From NCBI GenBank assembly GCA_965208125.1, contig OZ242320.1, forward strand, positions 2,752,001 to 2,816,000: a stretch of 64,000 bases of DNA, given 5' to 3'. Positions 11,089 through 20,577 of the stretch are shown here, piece by piece. Both the position numbers and the translations under genes were made by a program. A model generated the notes under the pieces. It had not been told where the DNA came from and searched no databases. It saw only the letters and a program-made list of their open reading frames with translations. How positions within the stretch are numbered: the first letter of the stretch is position 1; the number at the start of each line of letters is the position of its first letter. The DNA comes from Candidatus Latescibacterota bacterium (lineage in GTDB: Bacteria; Latescibacterota; UBA2968).

Positions 11089-13002
11089 TCAGAGGTTGTT
11101 AAATTCTGATACGGTGTCCAGACTGAGGCCTCCGCGGATGAAGGTTTCCCAACTGTGTACGGGGAGTTCTTTTAAGATATCCAAAAGATTTTCCCGGTTG
11201 ATTTGAGAAATTTCTTCTGGGCTCAATTTGACCAGGCGAATCAGCGCGTCCATGGCGAATCCGACGTCGATGACATTTTTGTCGGTTCGGATAATGTCCT
11301 TTAAGGTTTCAGTTGTGGGTCCAAGTGCATTGCCGAGGATTTTGGTGCCGTGGGAACAGAGGATGACGATGGACCACAGGGCGTTTTCCCGGACGGCAGA
11401 GCGAACGGGCTCAAAGCGGTCGAGGCCAAAATCGACGCCACTGCCTTCGCAGACGTCGCAGTCGTCGGTTGGGCGGACAAATTTGATGCTTCGTTTTTGC
11501 GCTTTGTCCATGCTGGGGCGGTTTTTTTCTCGGCTGAGGCTTTGTAAGAGCGCATTGATGCAAGCGGGGATCAGATCAGTGCCTTTACCAGTAGCTACAG
11601 CACGGCGTCCCAAACAGCCCAGGGTTCCCGCAGCGACTGAGCGGACATAAACTGAGGAGTCGTTGTGTAAGCAGGTGGTAACTGCGTCGAGTACATCCTT
11701 TGTGAGATGGCTGGCGTCGCCCAGGCCATAGACGCCTGCTTTGCGAATCCATTTGATGGGTGATCGGGTTGCTTCGATGAGTGTGTCTGTCGCATCTGGT
11801 CCTAAGGCGATCAGGCCGTATGTGGCTGCGCGTCGCACATTTTCGCGGTCGGTGTAGAGCGCGCGTCCGAGGAATTTGGTGGCCAATGCCGGGTCGCCAA
11901 TTGAGGCGAGTTTGTAAGCTGCTCCAATTCGGATGGGTTCAGCTTCGTCATATTTGGCGTGGAGTTGTTCGAAAAGGGCTTTGGCTTCGCGCTCTTTTTG
12001 TTGGGGTGAAGCAGATTCTGATTCGGGACGCGGTGGCGGTGCCTGGCCGGTTTTGATCCAGTGATGATGATAGCGCCACACTTCGGTGGCATCGTCTGGT
12101 GCCTCAGAGAGGTTGACGCGGGTGATGGGGTCTATGCCGAGGTCGTTCATTGGTACAACGGTGGTTGACCCGTTGGGTGATGGATCAGTGGTGCGATAGA
12201 GCCAGAAGCGCCACATAAAGCGCGGGTTGTCTTCCCAGGTGCGCCAGTCATCGCGCCGGTGGTTGCCCCTGTGGAAGGTGTTGTGCGAGTAGATGATCAC
12301 GCTGCCTGCGCGGAGTGGCTCTGCTTCAAAGGGGAGTACGAGAGGCCATTGTGTGTCGGTGACGGCATCGCGCATGCGAATGTCGTGGGCGGTGCGCTGG
12401 TTGACGATGTCTTCGATATCGTATTTGGAGTTGGGACCACTGACGTGTTCGCTTTGCATGTCGAAGAAGTAGGCAAAATCGAGGTGGTCTGCGCCCGCAA
12501 AGTTGTCGTGGTTTTCTTCGTGGTTAAAGGTCCAATATTGTGAGTAGGGTATGGTTGCCGTGGGCCCCATTTCTGCGGTGACATCTTGAGGATAATACAG
12601 CATTTCCAGTTGGACGGCCTGATGGTGGCGCTGTTTTCGGCCGTTGTAGGGACCGTTGTCGTCTTTGTGCCAGTGTTGATCTCTGGGGCCACTGGTAAAG
12701 ACTGCGTTGTGGGTAAAGGGGACGATGGCCCAATTTTTACCTGCGAGCTGGTCACAGGCTGAGACGAGGCCGGGTGCGTTGAGGACTTCGAGTACGTCGG
12801 GGATGATGCCCGTTGTGACGCGTTTTTTCTCTTTTTTAGCCTTTTTTTCGAAGTCGTAAACGCGTTTGTGGATTTCAGCGGGGATGCCCAGGTCTTCGGG
12901 GGCGAGTATGACTATGCCCCGGCTTGCAAAATCTGTGACCAGACGGTCGGGTGTGGTATATGTGAGGGGGGTAAAATCAGATGTTCGGGCGCGGGAACTC
13001 AT
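11089..13002 (-). CDS. PhyH-like 2OG-Fe(II) dioxygenase domain fused to HEAT repeats
   Basis: QHWHKD (HxD), GPTATIPYSQ, TFHRG distal His; C-terminal HEAT-like repeats (VRRAATYGL, IRKAGVYGLG, VRSVAAGTLG, VRENALWS). Confidence 0.75.
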   Translation of the reverse strand: MSSRARTSDFTPLTYTTPDRLVTDFASRGIVILAPEDLGIPAEIHKRVYDFEKKAKKEKKRVTTGIIPDVLEVLNAPGLVSACDQLAGKNWAIVPFTHNAVFTSGPRDQHWHKDDNGPYNGRKQRHHQAVQLEMLYYPQDVTAEMGPTATIPYSQYWTFNHEENHDNFAGADHLDFAYFFDMQSEHVSGPNSKYDIEDIVNQRTAHDIRMRDAVTDTQWPLVLPFEAEPLRAGSVIIYSHNTFHRGNHRRDDWRTWEDNPRFMWRFWLYRTTDPSPNGSTTVVPMNDLGIDPITRVNLSEAPDDATEVWRYHHHWIKTGQAPPPRPESESASPQQKEREAKALFEQLHAKYDEAEPIRIGAAYKLASIGDPALATKFLGRALYTDRENVRRAATYGLIALGPDATDTLIEATRSPIKWIRKAGVYGLGDASHLTKDVLDAVTTCLHNDSSVYVRSVAAGTLGCLGRRAVATGKGTDLIPACINALLQSLSREKNRPSMDKAQKRSIKFVRPTDDCDVCEGSGVDFGLDRFEPVRSAVRENALWSIVILCSHGTKILGNALGPTTETLKDIIRTDKNVIDVGFAMDALIRLVKLSPEEISQINRENLLDILKELPVHSWETFIRGGLSLDTVSEFNNL

Positions 13003-13136
13003 GCTTCAGGTTCTCCTTTGGGATTGAGAGAGCGACTCAATAAGTTGATTTTTAGATTGTTTTCAGGTACTATGTCCGTTGGCTTTGTTATGATACAAAA
13101 ATTTTATGTTTGCGTAAACAGCGTATCAACTCTTAT

Positions 13137-13817
13137 ATGACAGCCCTTATTGTCTTTGTCAAAAATCCAATTCCCGGTGCGGTCAAGACCCGGTTGCAGA
13201 CGCGCTATGCACCCGATCAGGTTGCAGCCCTGTACACTGCGTTTGTGCGCGATGTGCTGGCGCGGGCCGAAAGTATTGATGTCGATCGACAGGTGATCGC
13301 TTTTGATCCGCCCGATGCAGAGTCCGAGGTTCGCGCGCTTTTTGGTGGGGGGGTGAAGGCTCTATGGGAGTACGTTCCCCAGGTGCAGGAGGACCTCGGT
13401 GCGCGTATGCGCGAAGCACTGGTTCAACAACTCGACGCTGGTGCGTCAGCAGCCGTTCTCATTGGTACGGATATCCCTTCTCTGCCAGCTCACCATATTA
13501 CACAGGCATTCGATCTGCTGCACACAGTGGATGTTGTTTTAGGTCCGAGTACAGATGGCGGATACTATCTCGTTGGTGTTTCAAAATCCATACCGGAGAT
13601 TTTCGAGGGTGTGGAATGGAGCACGTCCAGCGTTCTGTCGCAGACCATTGACCGCGTTCAGCGTGCTGGACATACGCTCGGTCTCGTTCCTCCCTGGTTT
13701 GATGTCGATACATCCGATGAATTCGATTTTCTTCTCGCCCATGCGCGCGCTACAATATTTGCTACAGGTATAGATCCCTTACCGCATACCCATGCCTGCT
13801 TGTCAAACTTGACTTGA
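13137..13817 (+). CDS. DUF2064/TIGR04282-family glycosyltransferase-like protein
   Basis: VFVKNPIPGAVKTRL, QEDLGARM, LIGTDIP, LGPSTDGGYYLVG, WFDVDT. Confidence 0.85.
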   Translation: MTALIVFVKNPIPGAVKTRLQTRYAPDQVAALYTAFVRDVLARAESIDVDRQVIAFDPPDAESEVRALFGGGVKALWEYVPQVQEDLGARMREALVQQLDAGASAAVLIGTDIPSLPAHHITQAFDLLHTVDVVLGPSTDGGYYLVGVSKSIPEIFEGVEWSTSSVLSQTIDRVQRAGHTLGLVPPWFDVDTSDEFDFLLAHARATIFATGIDPLPHTHACLSNLT

Positions 13818-13852
13818 TCTTTTTGGGCGCGTATCTTGAATTTCCTCCAAAA

Positions 13853-13880
13853 GCGGGCGACCACAAGGGTCGCCCCTACA
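13853..13880 (-). repeat. GTAG-type REP-like palindrome
   Basis: Minus strand TGTAGGGGCGACC-cttgt-GGTCGCCCGC; related copies at 26166 and 58788-58860. Confidence 0.75.
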
Positions 13881-13932
13881 GGTGTATTGTCCTGCCTGAC
13901 GTTATGTAATACCCATAATCAAGAGGACTTAC

Positions 13933-14901
13933 ATGACCGTTCGCTATATTCTCGCGCTTTTTTTAGCCTTCTCGTGTCTGCATTCTGCAATTGCTCAGGA
14001 GCGCTACAAATTTGCTTTTGTCACGCATGGGGGACCGGGAAATCCATTCTGGAATGTGGTGATTAAGGGTATGGAAGATGCGGCCAGGCGCTATGATGTG
14101 GATGTGCAATGGTTGAGCAATCCCACCTTTTCAATTGCGGATATGCCCAATTTTCTCGATGATGCGATCGCAAATAAGGTTAATGGCATTGGTATTACGT
14201 GTCCGGATCCCGAAGCTATTCGGGAGAGCGTTGTGCGCGCACACGCGGCGGGTATTCCCATTATTGTGCTCAATACGGCAGATCCCAACGCGGGGGGAGA
14301 TAATGCATTGCCCACGCAATTTTACGTGGGTGCCAGCGAGTATCTCGGCGGTCAATCCAATGCAAGAGCTATTCTCGCTGAGGCAGAAAAGCGCGGTGTC
14401 TCGGTTCGGCGCGCGGTATGCCCTATCCAGGAACTCGGGCACAGTGGTCTCGAAGCGCGGTTTGCCGGATTTTCGAGTATTTTTCAGGAGAGAGGTATTG
14501 TTGTTGATGGCTTGACCATATCTAACGATGTTGAGCAGTCCGCAGGCTTGTTGCGCGACTATTTTCTCGGGCATCCCGAGACCAATGCCATCGCTACCCT
14601 GGGACCACTGCCAGCGGATGCTTTTTATCTTTTTGTTGAGGAAGAGAGAAAAAAAGCCGGGGAAATTTTGCATGTTACCCACGATACGAGTACGTCTATA
14701 TTTGACCATATTCGGAGGGGATATACGGTTCAGGCTGTTGATCAACAGCCCTATTTGCAGGGTTATCTGACTGTTTCTTTTTTGTATTTAAATAATGCTT
14801 ATGGTCTCACTCTCGCACAGGATGTGCTCACAGGTCCTTTCGCCATTAATGCATCAAATGTTGACCGCATTGCCAGATTAGTGGGTACAGGTCACAGATA
14901 G
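13933..14901 (+). CDS. Sugar/polyol ABC transporter substrate-binding protein (RbsB-like)
   Basis: Signal peptide, NPFWNVVIKG, AVDQQPYLQGY. Confidence 0.9.
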   Translation: MTVRYILALFLAFSCLHSAIAQERYKFAFVTHGGPGNPFWNVVIKGMEDAARRYDVDVQWLSNPTFSIADMPNFLDDAIANKVNGIGITCPDPEAIRESVVRAHAAGIPIIVLNTADPNAGGDNALPTQFYVGASEYLGGQSNARAILAEAEKRGVSVRRAVCPIQELGHSGLEARFAGFSSIFQERGIVVDGLTISNDVEQSAGLLRDYFLGHPETNAIATLGPLPADAFYLFVEEERKKAGEILHVTHDTSTSIFDHIRRGYTVQAVDQQPYLQGYLTVSFLYLNNAYGLTLAQDVLTGPFAINASNVDRIARLVGTGHR

Positions 14902-14909
14902 GGTTTCTG

Positions 14910-16088
14910 TTGAAGACTTATGACGCTATTCGCACCCGCCTTGCGCGCTCTCCAGAAGCTGGCGCCGCAGCGGGTTTTTCCGTTATATTTTTGATCTTTG
15001 CACTTGCTACGCCAGATACATTTCTCTCCCATAGCGCGATTTCTTCCATTCTCAATAGTCAGGCTGTTCCGGGCATCCTCGCTATCGGTATTACGCTTTT
15101 GATGATTTCTGGAGAGTTTGACCTTTCAGTTGGTTCTATTCTGGGGGTGTCTTCTCTCGCATTTCTCTATGCTACCGTAAATGGTGTACCTGTTTTACTC
15201 GCGGCAGCAATTGGATTAATTGTCGGCGGTGTGCTCGGTTTGATCAACGGCTTGCTTCTGGTATCCACTGGCATTCCATCGTTTATTATTACGCTGGGGA
15301 CGATGCTCGCGTATCGCGCCATTCCTCTTACGGCTATTTCTGGCGGGCGCATTATTCGATATGCCGACTATTCGCGCGAGTCTCCAGTTCTCGAAGTGCC
15401 CGGTCTCGTGGTTTTTATTTTTACGCTTGTACTTTTTTTTCTCGTTCTGTGGATAGCGCGAGATATCTGGCGGGCGAGAAATCAATCCATAAAGTCCAAA
15501 ATCCTGGTTGCGACTGCGCTTCTTTTTGTTGCTTATCTCGTCATTGAGACACTTGCACCCCATCCTTTGATGCCGGTTAAAATTGACTTTTTTTATCTAC
15601 TCAACGGACGCATTGAACCTGGGAATTACCGCACTGGCATTCTGTGGTGGATAGGGCTTACTTCAGTTTTTGCAATCGCGTTGAGTCAAACGCGCTTTGG
15701 GAACGCTGTTTTTGCTACGGGGGGCAATGCCCAGGCGGCGCGTTTACAGGGCATTCGTATTGATCGTGTGCGCGTGACCAATTTTGTCATTTCGGGATTT
15801 CTCGCCGCACTCGCGGGTATTATTCAGGTCGCACGACTCAAGAGCGTCGATCCTCTGCGCGGTACGGGGCTGGAACTCGAGGTTATCGCTGCGGTCGTCA
15901 TTGGCGGGACGCTTCTGACAGGGGGTTATGGCAGTCTGATCGGTTCGGCTATAGGCACTGCGCTGACGGGTATGTTGCGCACGGGGCTTGTGCTTATGCA
16001 GGTCCCCTCGAATGCCTTTCGAGGTGCTATTGGCGCTATTATGATCGCGGCTGTTGTGATTAACAATTTTGTGCGGAAAGAACGCTGA
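14910..16088 (+). CDS. Sugar ABC transporter permease (RbsC-like)
   Basis: ISGEFDLSVGS, IPSFIITLG, TRFGNAVFATGGN, ELEVIAAVVIGGT. Confidence 0.92.
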   Translation: MKTYDAIRTRLARSPEAGAAAGFSVIFLIFALATPDTFLSHSAISSILNSQAVPGILAIGITLLMISGEFDLSVGSILGVSSLAFLYATVNGVPVLLAAAIGLIVGGVLGLINGLLLVSTGIPSFIITLGTMLAYRAIPLTAISGGRIIRYADYSRESPVLEVPGLVVFIFTLVLFFLVLWIARDIWRARNQSIKSKILVATALLFVAYLVIETLAPHPLMPVKIDFFYLLNGRIEPGNYRTGILWWIGLTSVFAIALSQTRFGNAVFATGGNAQAARLQGIRIDRVRVTNFVISGFLAALAGIIQVARLKSVDPLRGTGLELEVIAAVVIGGTLLTGGYGSLIGSAIGTALTGMLRTGLVLMQVPSNAFRGAIGAIMIAAVVINNFVRKER

Positions 16089-16096
16089 GGCTGCAT

Positions 16097-16846
16097 GTGG
16101 CTTTGCTCGAACTGAAAAATATCGGTCGTCGCTTTGGGCATATTGTCGCGCTGAAAGGCATTGATTTCACGCTTGAGGATGGTGAAGTTCTCGCGCTTTT
16201 AGGCGATAATGGGGCGGGTAAATCTACGCTGATTAAGGTGATTACGGGTGTTTATCCGCCGAGCGAAGGCGATATGTATTTTGGAGGCGAGGTCATTCGA
16301 TTCCACTCGCCACAGGATGCTCGAGATCTGGGGATTGAGACTGTTTATCAGGACCTCGCGCTCGTGCCGAATATGAGCATTGCGCGCAATTTTTATCTGG
16401 GTAGAGAACTCGTCAAGCAGGTCGGTCCGTTTACGCTTTTCGATCAGGTAGCGATGGATGCAGGTGCGGCTGTGGCGCTGGGTGAGATAGGTATTCACAT
16501 TCGCAATGCTGGCGAATCCGTTGCCCGTCTTTCCGGTGGCGAGCGACAGTCGATTGCCATCGCTCGCGCCCTTCACTTTGGGTCTCGCGTGCTGATTCTC
16601 GATGAACCGACTTCTGCTCTTTCTGTTGGCGAAACGCGCAAGGTGCTGGGCTATATTGCGGCTGCTAAAGAAAAAGGATTGGGAGTTATTTTTATTACGC
16701 ATAATATTACCCATGTGTTTGAGGTTGCTGACCGGGCAACTATTCTCAGCCACGGCGAAAAAGTCGGCGATTTTCCGATCTGCGATGTCACGCAGGACGA
16801 TGTCGCAGCTATGGTGATGGGACAGGGTATTCCCGAACATCTTTAA
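16097..16846 (+). CDS. Sugar ABC transporter ATP-binding protein (single domain)
   Basis: GDNGAGKST, LSGGERQ, LILDEPT. Confidence 0.95.
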   Translation: MALLELKNIGRRFGHIVALKGIDFTLEDGEVLALLGDNGAGKSTLIKVITGVYPPSEGDMYFGGEVIRFHSPQDARDLGIETVYQDLALVPNMSIARNFYLGRELVKQVGPFTLFDQVAMDAGAAVALGEIGIHIRNAGESVARLSGGERQSIAIARALHFGSRVLILDEPTSALSVGETRKVLGYIAAAKEKGLGVIFITHNITHVFEVADRATILSHGEKVGDFPICDVTQDDVAAMVMGQGIPEHL

Positions 16847-16850
16847 TCTC

Positions 16851-18233
16851 ATGTCCAAACCACTCGAAACGACAGTAGAATCCACCGAGCGCAAAGTCGA
16901 TCTTTCGCTAACAGGGAAGATCCTCGGGATGACCTTGCCCGTTGCTGCGGGCGGTCAGATCGAGAGTGTTGTACTCATGGTTCAACTCATTTTTATCGGG
17001 ACGCTCGGTCCGGTCGCCCTTTCTGCGGTGGGTATTGCTCAGGTGTTTACGCGCGTTCTTTTTACGGCGATGATGTCCATTTCGAGAGGCGCGCTGACGA
17101 TGGTCGCACAGGCGATTGGCGCAGATTCTATGCGCGAAGCCAGTGCATCGGCGAAGCAGGCGTTTTCCCTGCTTTTTTTCTTTAGTATCGCTTTTGGTCT
17201 GGGCAGTTTGGCTCTTTCGCCTTTTTTGATTCCGATGATGACCTCTGATTCCGAGGTAGCAGCTATGGGTACGCCGTATTTACAGGTTTTTTTTCTGGGC
17301 GTTCCTTTTATGACGCTAAATCGTGCGATTGCGAGTTGCTTTCAGGGTGCTGGGGATACGCGCACGCCTTTCTATTTGAGTTTGATGAGTAGTAGCATTC
17401 AAATTGTGATGTGTTATCTCCTAATCTTTGGTCACTGGGGTTTGCCGGAATTGGGCGTTGTGGGGGCTGCTGTTGGCGGTCTTTTGGGGCGCAGTGCGGC
17501 AACCCTGATTGGGCTTGGGTGTCTTTATAGCGGGCGTTTTGCGCTCACACTTTTGCCCGATACATCTTACAGGTTTAACTGGGATGTTGCGCGGCGCATT
17601 CTCAAAATTGGCGTGCCTTCTGGCTTGCAAGGCATTTTGCGCAATGGCTCAGGTGTGGTTTATCTCAAATTTATTGCCATGTCCTCATTATCTACAACCG
17701 CGGTTGCAGCGTATGCGATTGGGAGTCAGTTGGAACACATTTTGCGGCGAACCGGTCTGTCTTTTGGTACGGTTGCAACGGCTATGGTGGGGCAGCATTT
17801 GGGGGCGAAAGATCCCGCAGGTGCAGAGCGCCACGGTTGGACTATTCTCTTTATTTCAGTTGTGACCAATATTGCCCTGTCGCTGCCCGCCGTTGTGTTT
17901 GCTGGAGTTTTTATGGCGGTATTTACGGATGCACAAGAGGTGATCAGTACCGGTGTCATTTATCTTTATGCGATGGTCGTTGCCGAACCATTTTTGTGTG
18001 CTTCCAATACGAGTAGCGGCAGTCTCAGAGGTGCTGGCGATACGATGCCTCCAATGTATTATACCCTGATTGCGCAGTGGCTGGTTCGCCTGCCTGTCGC
18101 TTATATTCTGGGGTTTACTCTTGGATTTGATATCTACGGGATATGGGCCGCGCTTATTGTTTACAGTATTGTGCAGGGAGTCCTTACTGTTCGCAAGTTT
18201 GCTCAGGGCCATTGGAAGATGCATCAGATTTAA
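16851..18233 (+). CDS. MATE family efflux transporter
   Basis: About 12 TM segments, duplicated GAGDTRTP/GAGDTMPP, ELGVVGAA, ILKIGVP. Confidence 0.92.
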   Translation: MSKPLETTVESTERKVDLSLTGKILGMTLPVAAGGQIESVVLMVQLIFIGTLGPVALSAVGIAQVFTRVLFTAMMSISRGALTMVAQAIGADSMREASASAKQAFSLLFFFSIAFGLGSLALSPFLIPMMTSDSEVAAMGTPYLQVFFLGVPFMTLNRAIASCFQGAGDTRTPFYLSLMSSSIQIVMCYLLIFGHWGLPELGVVGAAVGGLLGRSAATLIGLGCLYSGRFALTLLPDTSYRFNWDVARRILKIGVPSGLQGILRNGSGVVYLKFIAMSSLSTTAVAAYAIGSQLEHILRRTGLSFGTVATAMVGQHLGAKDPAGAERHGWTILFISVVTNIALSLPAVVFAGVFMAVFTDAQEVISTGVIYLYAMVVAEPFLCASNTSSGSLRGAGDTMPPMYYTLIAQWLVRLPVAYILGFTLGFDIYGIWAALIVYSIVQGVLTVRKFAQGHWKMHQI

Positions 18234-18343
18234 TTATTTTTGTTTTTTGCAGTGCGGGGATATTGTACTACAATCTGCTGTTATTAAAATTATAGCTTGG
18301 GTAATCAAAACACTATGCTTCCCGTCAGAGGAGGTGAGGTCTA

Positions 18344-19594
18344 TTGGTTTTAAAAGTTCTCCAAATATTGACCGATTTCTTTGATTTTCTCTGGTTATCG
18401 TTCCTGTTGTTAGCACCTATGCTAATGCTGGGGTTATTTCTTTCAGGTCTGATTCACGTATTTATCTCGCGTGAGGCCATTCTGCGATGGTTGCGTGAGG
18501 ATAGCTTGAAATCCGTAAGCACAAGTGCTGCCGTCGGTGTGCCCGTGCCGCTTTGCAGTTGCTCGGTTGTGCCTGTAGTTGCCGAGATGCGCAATAAGGG
18601 CGCGTCCCGTTCGTCCTGTATGTCTTTTCTGATCACGGCACCGGAAACAGGTGCGGATTCGATTCTGGTCACGAACGCGTTTTTTGGATTTATTGTCGCT
18701 ATTGTCAGGCCCTTCATCAGTTTTATTACCGCGGTCATCGCCGGTATTTTTTGTATGGGTCTCATACGAGATGATCGCGTTGAGGCTGAGGGGAGCGATC
18801 TCGGTCAAGGCTATGGTCATGACTGCGATCATGAATGTGACCACGACCATGGGCACGAACCTCTGGTGTCTGGAAGCGACGATTGCTACGTTAGTCCCTC
18901 ACAATTGAAGGCGCTATTTTTTGGCTGGGTGAGGATGATCAATCACCACAAACGCGATATGGTTCGGGCCGACGACAAACAAATTTCTGCGGACAATTTG
19001 ACTTTTAAAAAAGTCGTCAGGCATATTTTTCGCTATGGTTTTGTAGAAATAGCGGACGATATTCTGTTTGCGTTGATTGTGGGTATCGCACTGGGAGGCG
19101 TGATCTATCTGGCGATTCCGAGCGATTTGATGTCAAATGAGTATGCGCGCTGGTTGTCCTACCCCGTTATGGTGCTGGTTGGGGTACCTCTCTATATCTG
19201 TGCGTCCGCGAGTACTCCGATAGCCGCCGCGCTGGTCGCCAAGGGGTTCAGCCCCGGAGCGGCGCTGATTTTTCTCATGACCGGACCGGCGACTAATACG
19301 GGTACTATCGCGATCATCGTCAGTCAGTTTGGGTCGCGCTTTGCATCCATCTATGTCTCATCGGTGATCGCAGTTACTGTCGTACTGGGCATTGCAGTTG
19401 ATATTCTGCTGCTCGCCCTCGGCGTGACGATTCCCGTGTACCTTGGTCCCTCGGAGTCAGAGACCATTCAGCTCATCCAATGGGGCAGTGCTTTTGCCAT
19501 GATCGCCCTGATTGTTTGGCGATTTCGCGCAGGTGCTTTTAAGAGTGGCTATGAGGATATGTTGTTCAATGTCCGACCTCTGTTCAAACTGTGA
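18344..19594 (+). CDS. ArsP/DUF318-type permease (SO_0444-like metal transporter) with His/Cys-rich loop
   Basis: PLCSCSVVP, TAPETGADS, HDCDHECDHDHGH loop, PLYICASASTPIAA, GPATN; SD GGAGGTGA. Confidence 0.85.
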   Translation: MVLKVLQILTDFFDFLWLSFLLLAPMLMLGLFLSGLIHVFISREAILRWLREDSLKSVSTSAAVGVPVPLCSCSVVPVVAEMRNKGASRSSCMSFLITAPETGADSILVTNAFFGFIVAIVRPFISFITAVIAGIFCMGLIRDDRVEAEGSDLGQGYGHDCDHECDHDHGHEPLVSGSDDCYVSPSQLKALFFGWVRMINHHKRDMVRADDKQISADNLTFKKVVRHIFRYGFVEIADDILFALIVGIALGGVIYLAIPSDLMSNEYARWLSYPVMVLVGVPLYICASASTPIAAALVAKGFSPGAALIFLMTGPATNTGTIAIIVSQFGSRFASIYVSSVIAVTVVLGIAVDILLLALGVTIPVYLGPSESETIQLIQWGSAFAMIALIVWRFRAGAFKSGYEDMLFNVRPLFKL

Positions 19595-19652
19595 TATCTA
19601 TAATCAATCCAGATCATTTGAGTTTTTGGTTTAAATCACTGCGGATTCGAAT

Positions 19653-20498
19653 TTGCTACCTCTTTTTATAGGATACTCTATCGCTATCATTGCCGCGTCT
19701 TTGCTCGGCGGATATTTGCCAGCAAAGATTACCATGACGCATACGCGCATCCAGACGGTGATGAGTTTTGTTGCGGGTTTCATTCTGGGGATTGCCCTGT
19801 ATCATCTCCTGCCGCATGGTCTGGTATGGATTCCCGGGCCGGGTGCTGTTGAAAAAGCCATGGGATTGATGATGTTCGGCATCATACTGATGGTCCTGTT
19901 GCTGCGTATCTTTCATTTTCACCAGCACGATTTCAGCGATGAGGCAGGTGATTTTCTCCACGAGCATGCCCGCGAGCATACCAGTCCCGAAAGCAGGTTG
20001 ATCGGCGTCTGCCTGGGTCTGGGGCTGCATACTGTGACCGAGGGCATCGCTTTGGGTACCAGCATCCGGGTTGGTGAACTGCATGAAGGCGAAGCCGGTT
20101 TAGCAGGACTTGGGGTGTTTCTTGCGATTCTTTTCCACAAGCCACTCGACGCGTTCTCCATTATCGGTTTGTTGCAGGCCGCGGGCCATAGTCTCCGCGT
20201 TCGTGTAGCAGTTAATATCGGATTCGCCCTGCTCTGTCCAGTGGTGGCTTTATTGACTTTTTGGGGGATTGGGTTCCTGGGGCATTGGGAGGAACGAGTA
20301 ATCGGGTATGTGCTGGTCTTTGCAGCCGGCGCGTTTCTGTGTATTTCCCTGAGCGATCTGCTGCCGGAAATCCATTTCCACAGTCACGACCGCGGTAAGC
20401 TCACTGTGTCCTTACTCTTGGGGATCGCTCTTGCGTATGGGCTGTATTTTATCGAGTCCGGAGCTATGCACGGGTTGGAGACGCACGAAATGCATTGA
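19653..20498 (+). CDS. ZIP family divalent metal transporter
   Basis: HLLPH, His-rich loop, LHTVTEGIALG, ILFHKPLD, DLLPEIH. Confidence 0.9.
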   Translation: MLPLFIGYSIAIIAASLLGGYLPAKITMTHTRIQTVMSFVAGFILGIALYHLLPHGLVWIPGPGAVEKAMGLMMFGIILMVLLLRIFHFHQHDFSDEAGDFLHEHAREHTSPESRLIGVCLGLGLHTVTEGIALGTSIRVGELHEGEAGLAGLGVFLAILFHKPLDAFSIIGLLQAAGHSLRVRVAVNIGFALLCPVVALLTFWGIGFLGHWEERVIGYVLVFAAGAFLCISLSDLLPEIHFHSHDRGKLTVSLLLGIALAYGLYFIESGAMHGLETHEMH

Positions 20499-20520
20499 CG
20501 CTGAGGAATGTTAAAAAAAG

Positions 20521-20555
20521 AAAAGGCGGTCCATTACGCGATGGATCGCCTTTTT
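20521..20555. terminator. Intrinsic terminator after the ZIP gene
   Basis: AAAAGGCGGTCCAT-tacgcg-ATGGATCGCCTTTTT hairpin with A/T flanks. Confidence 0.75.
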
Positions 20556-20577
20556 GCTAATCCATAAAGGAGGCGCT

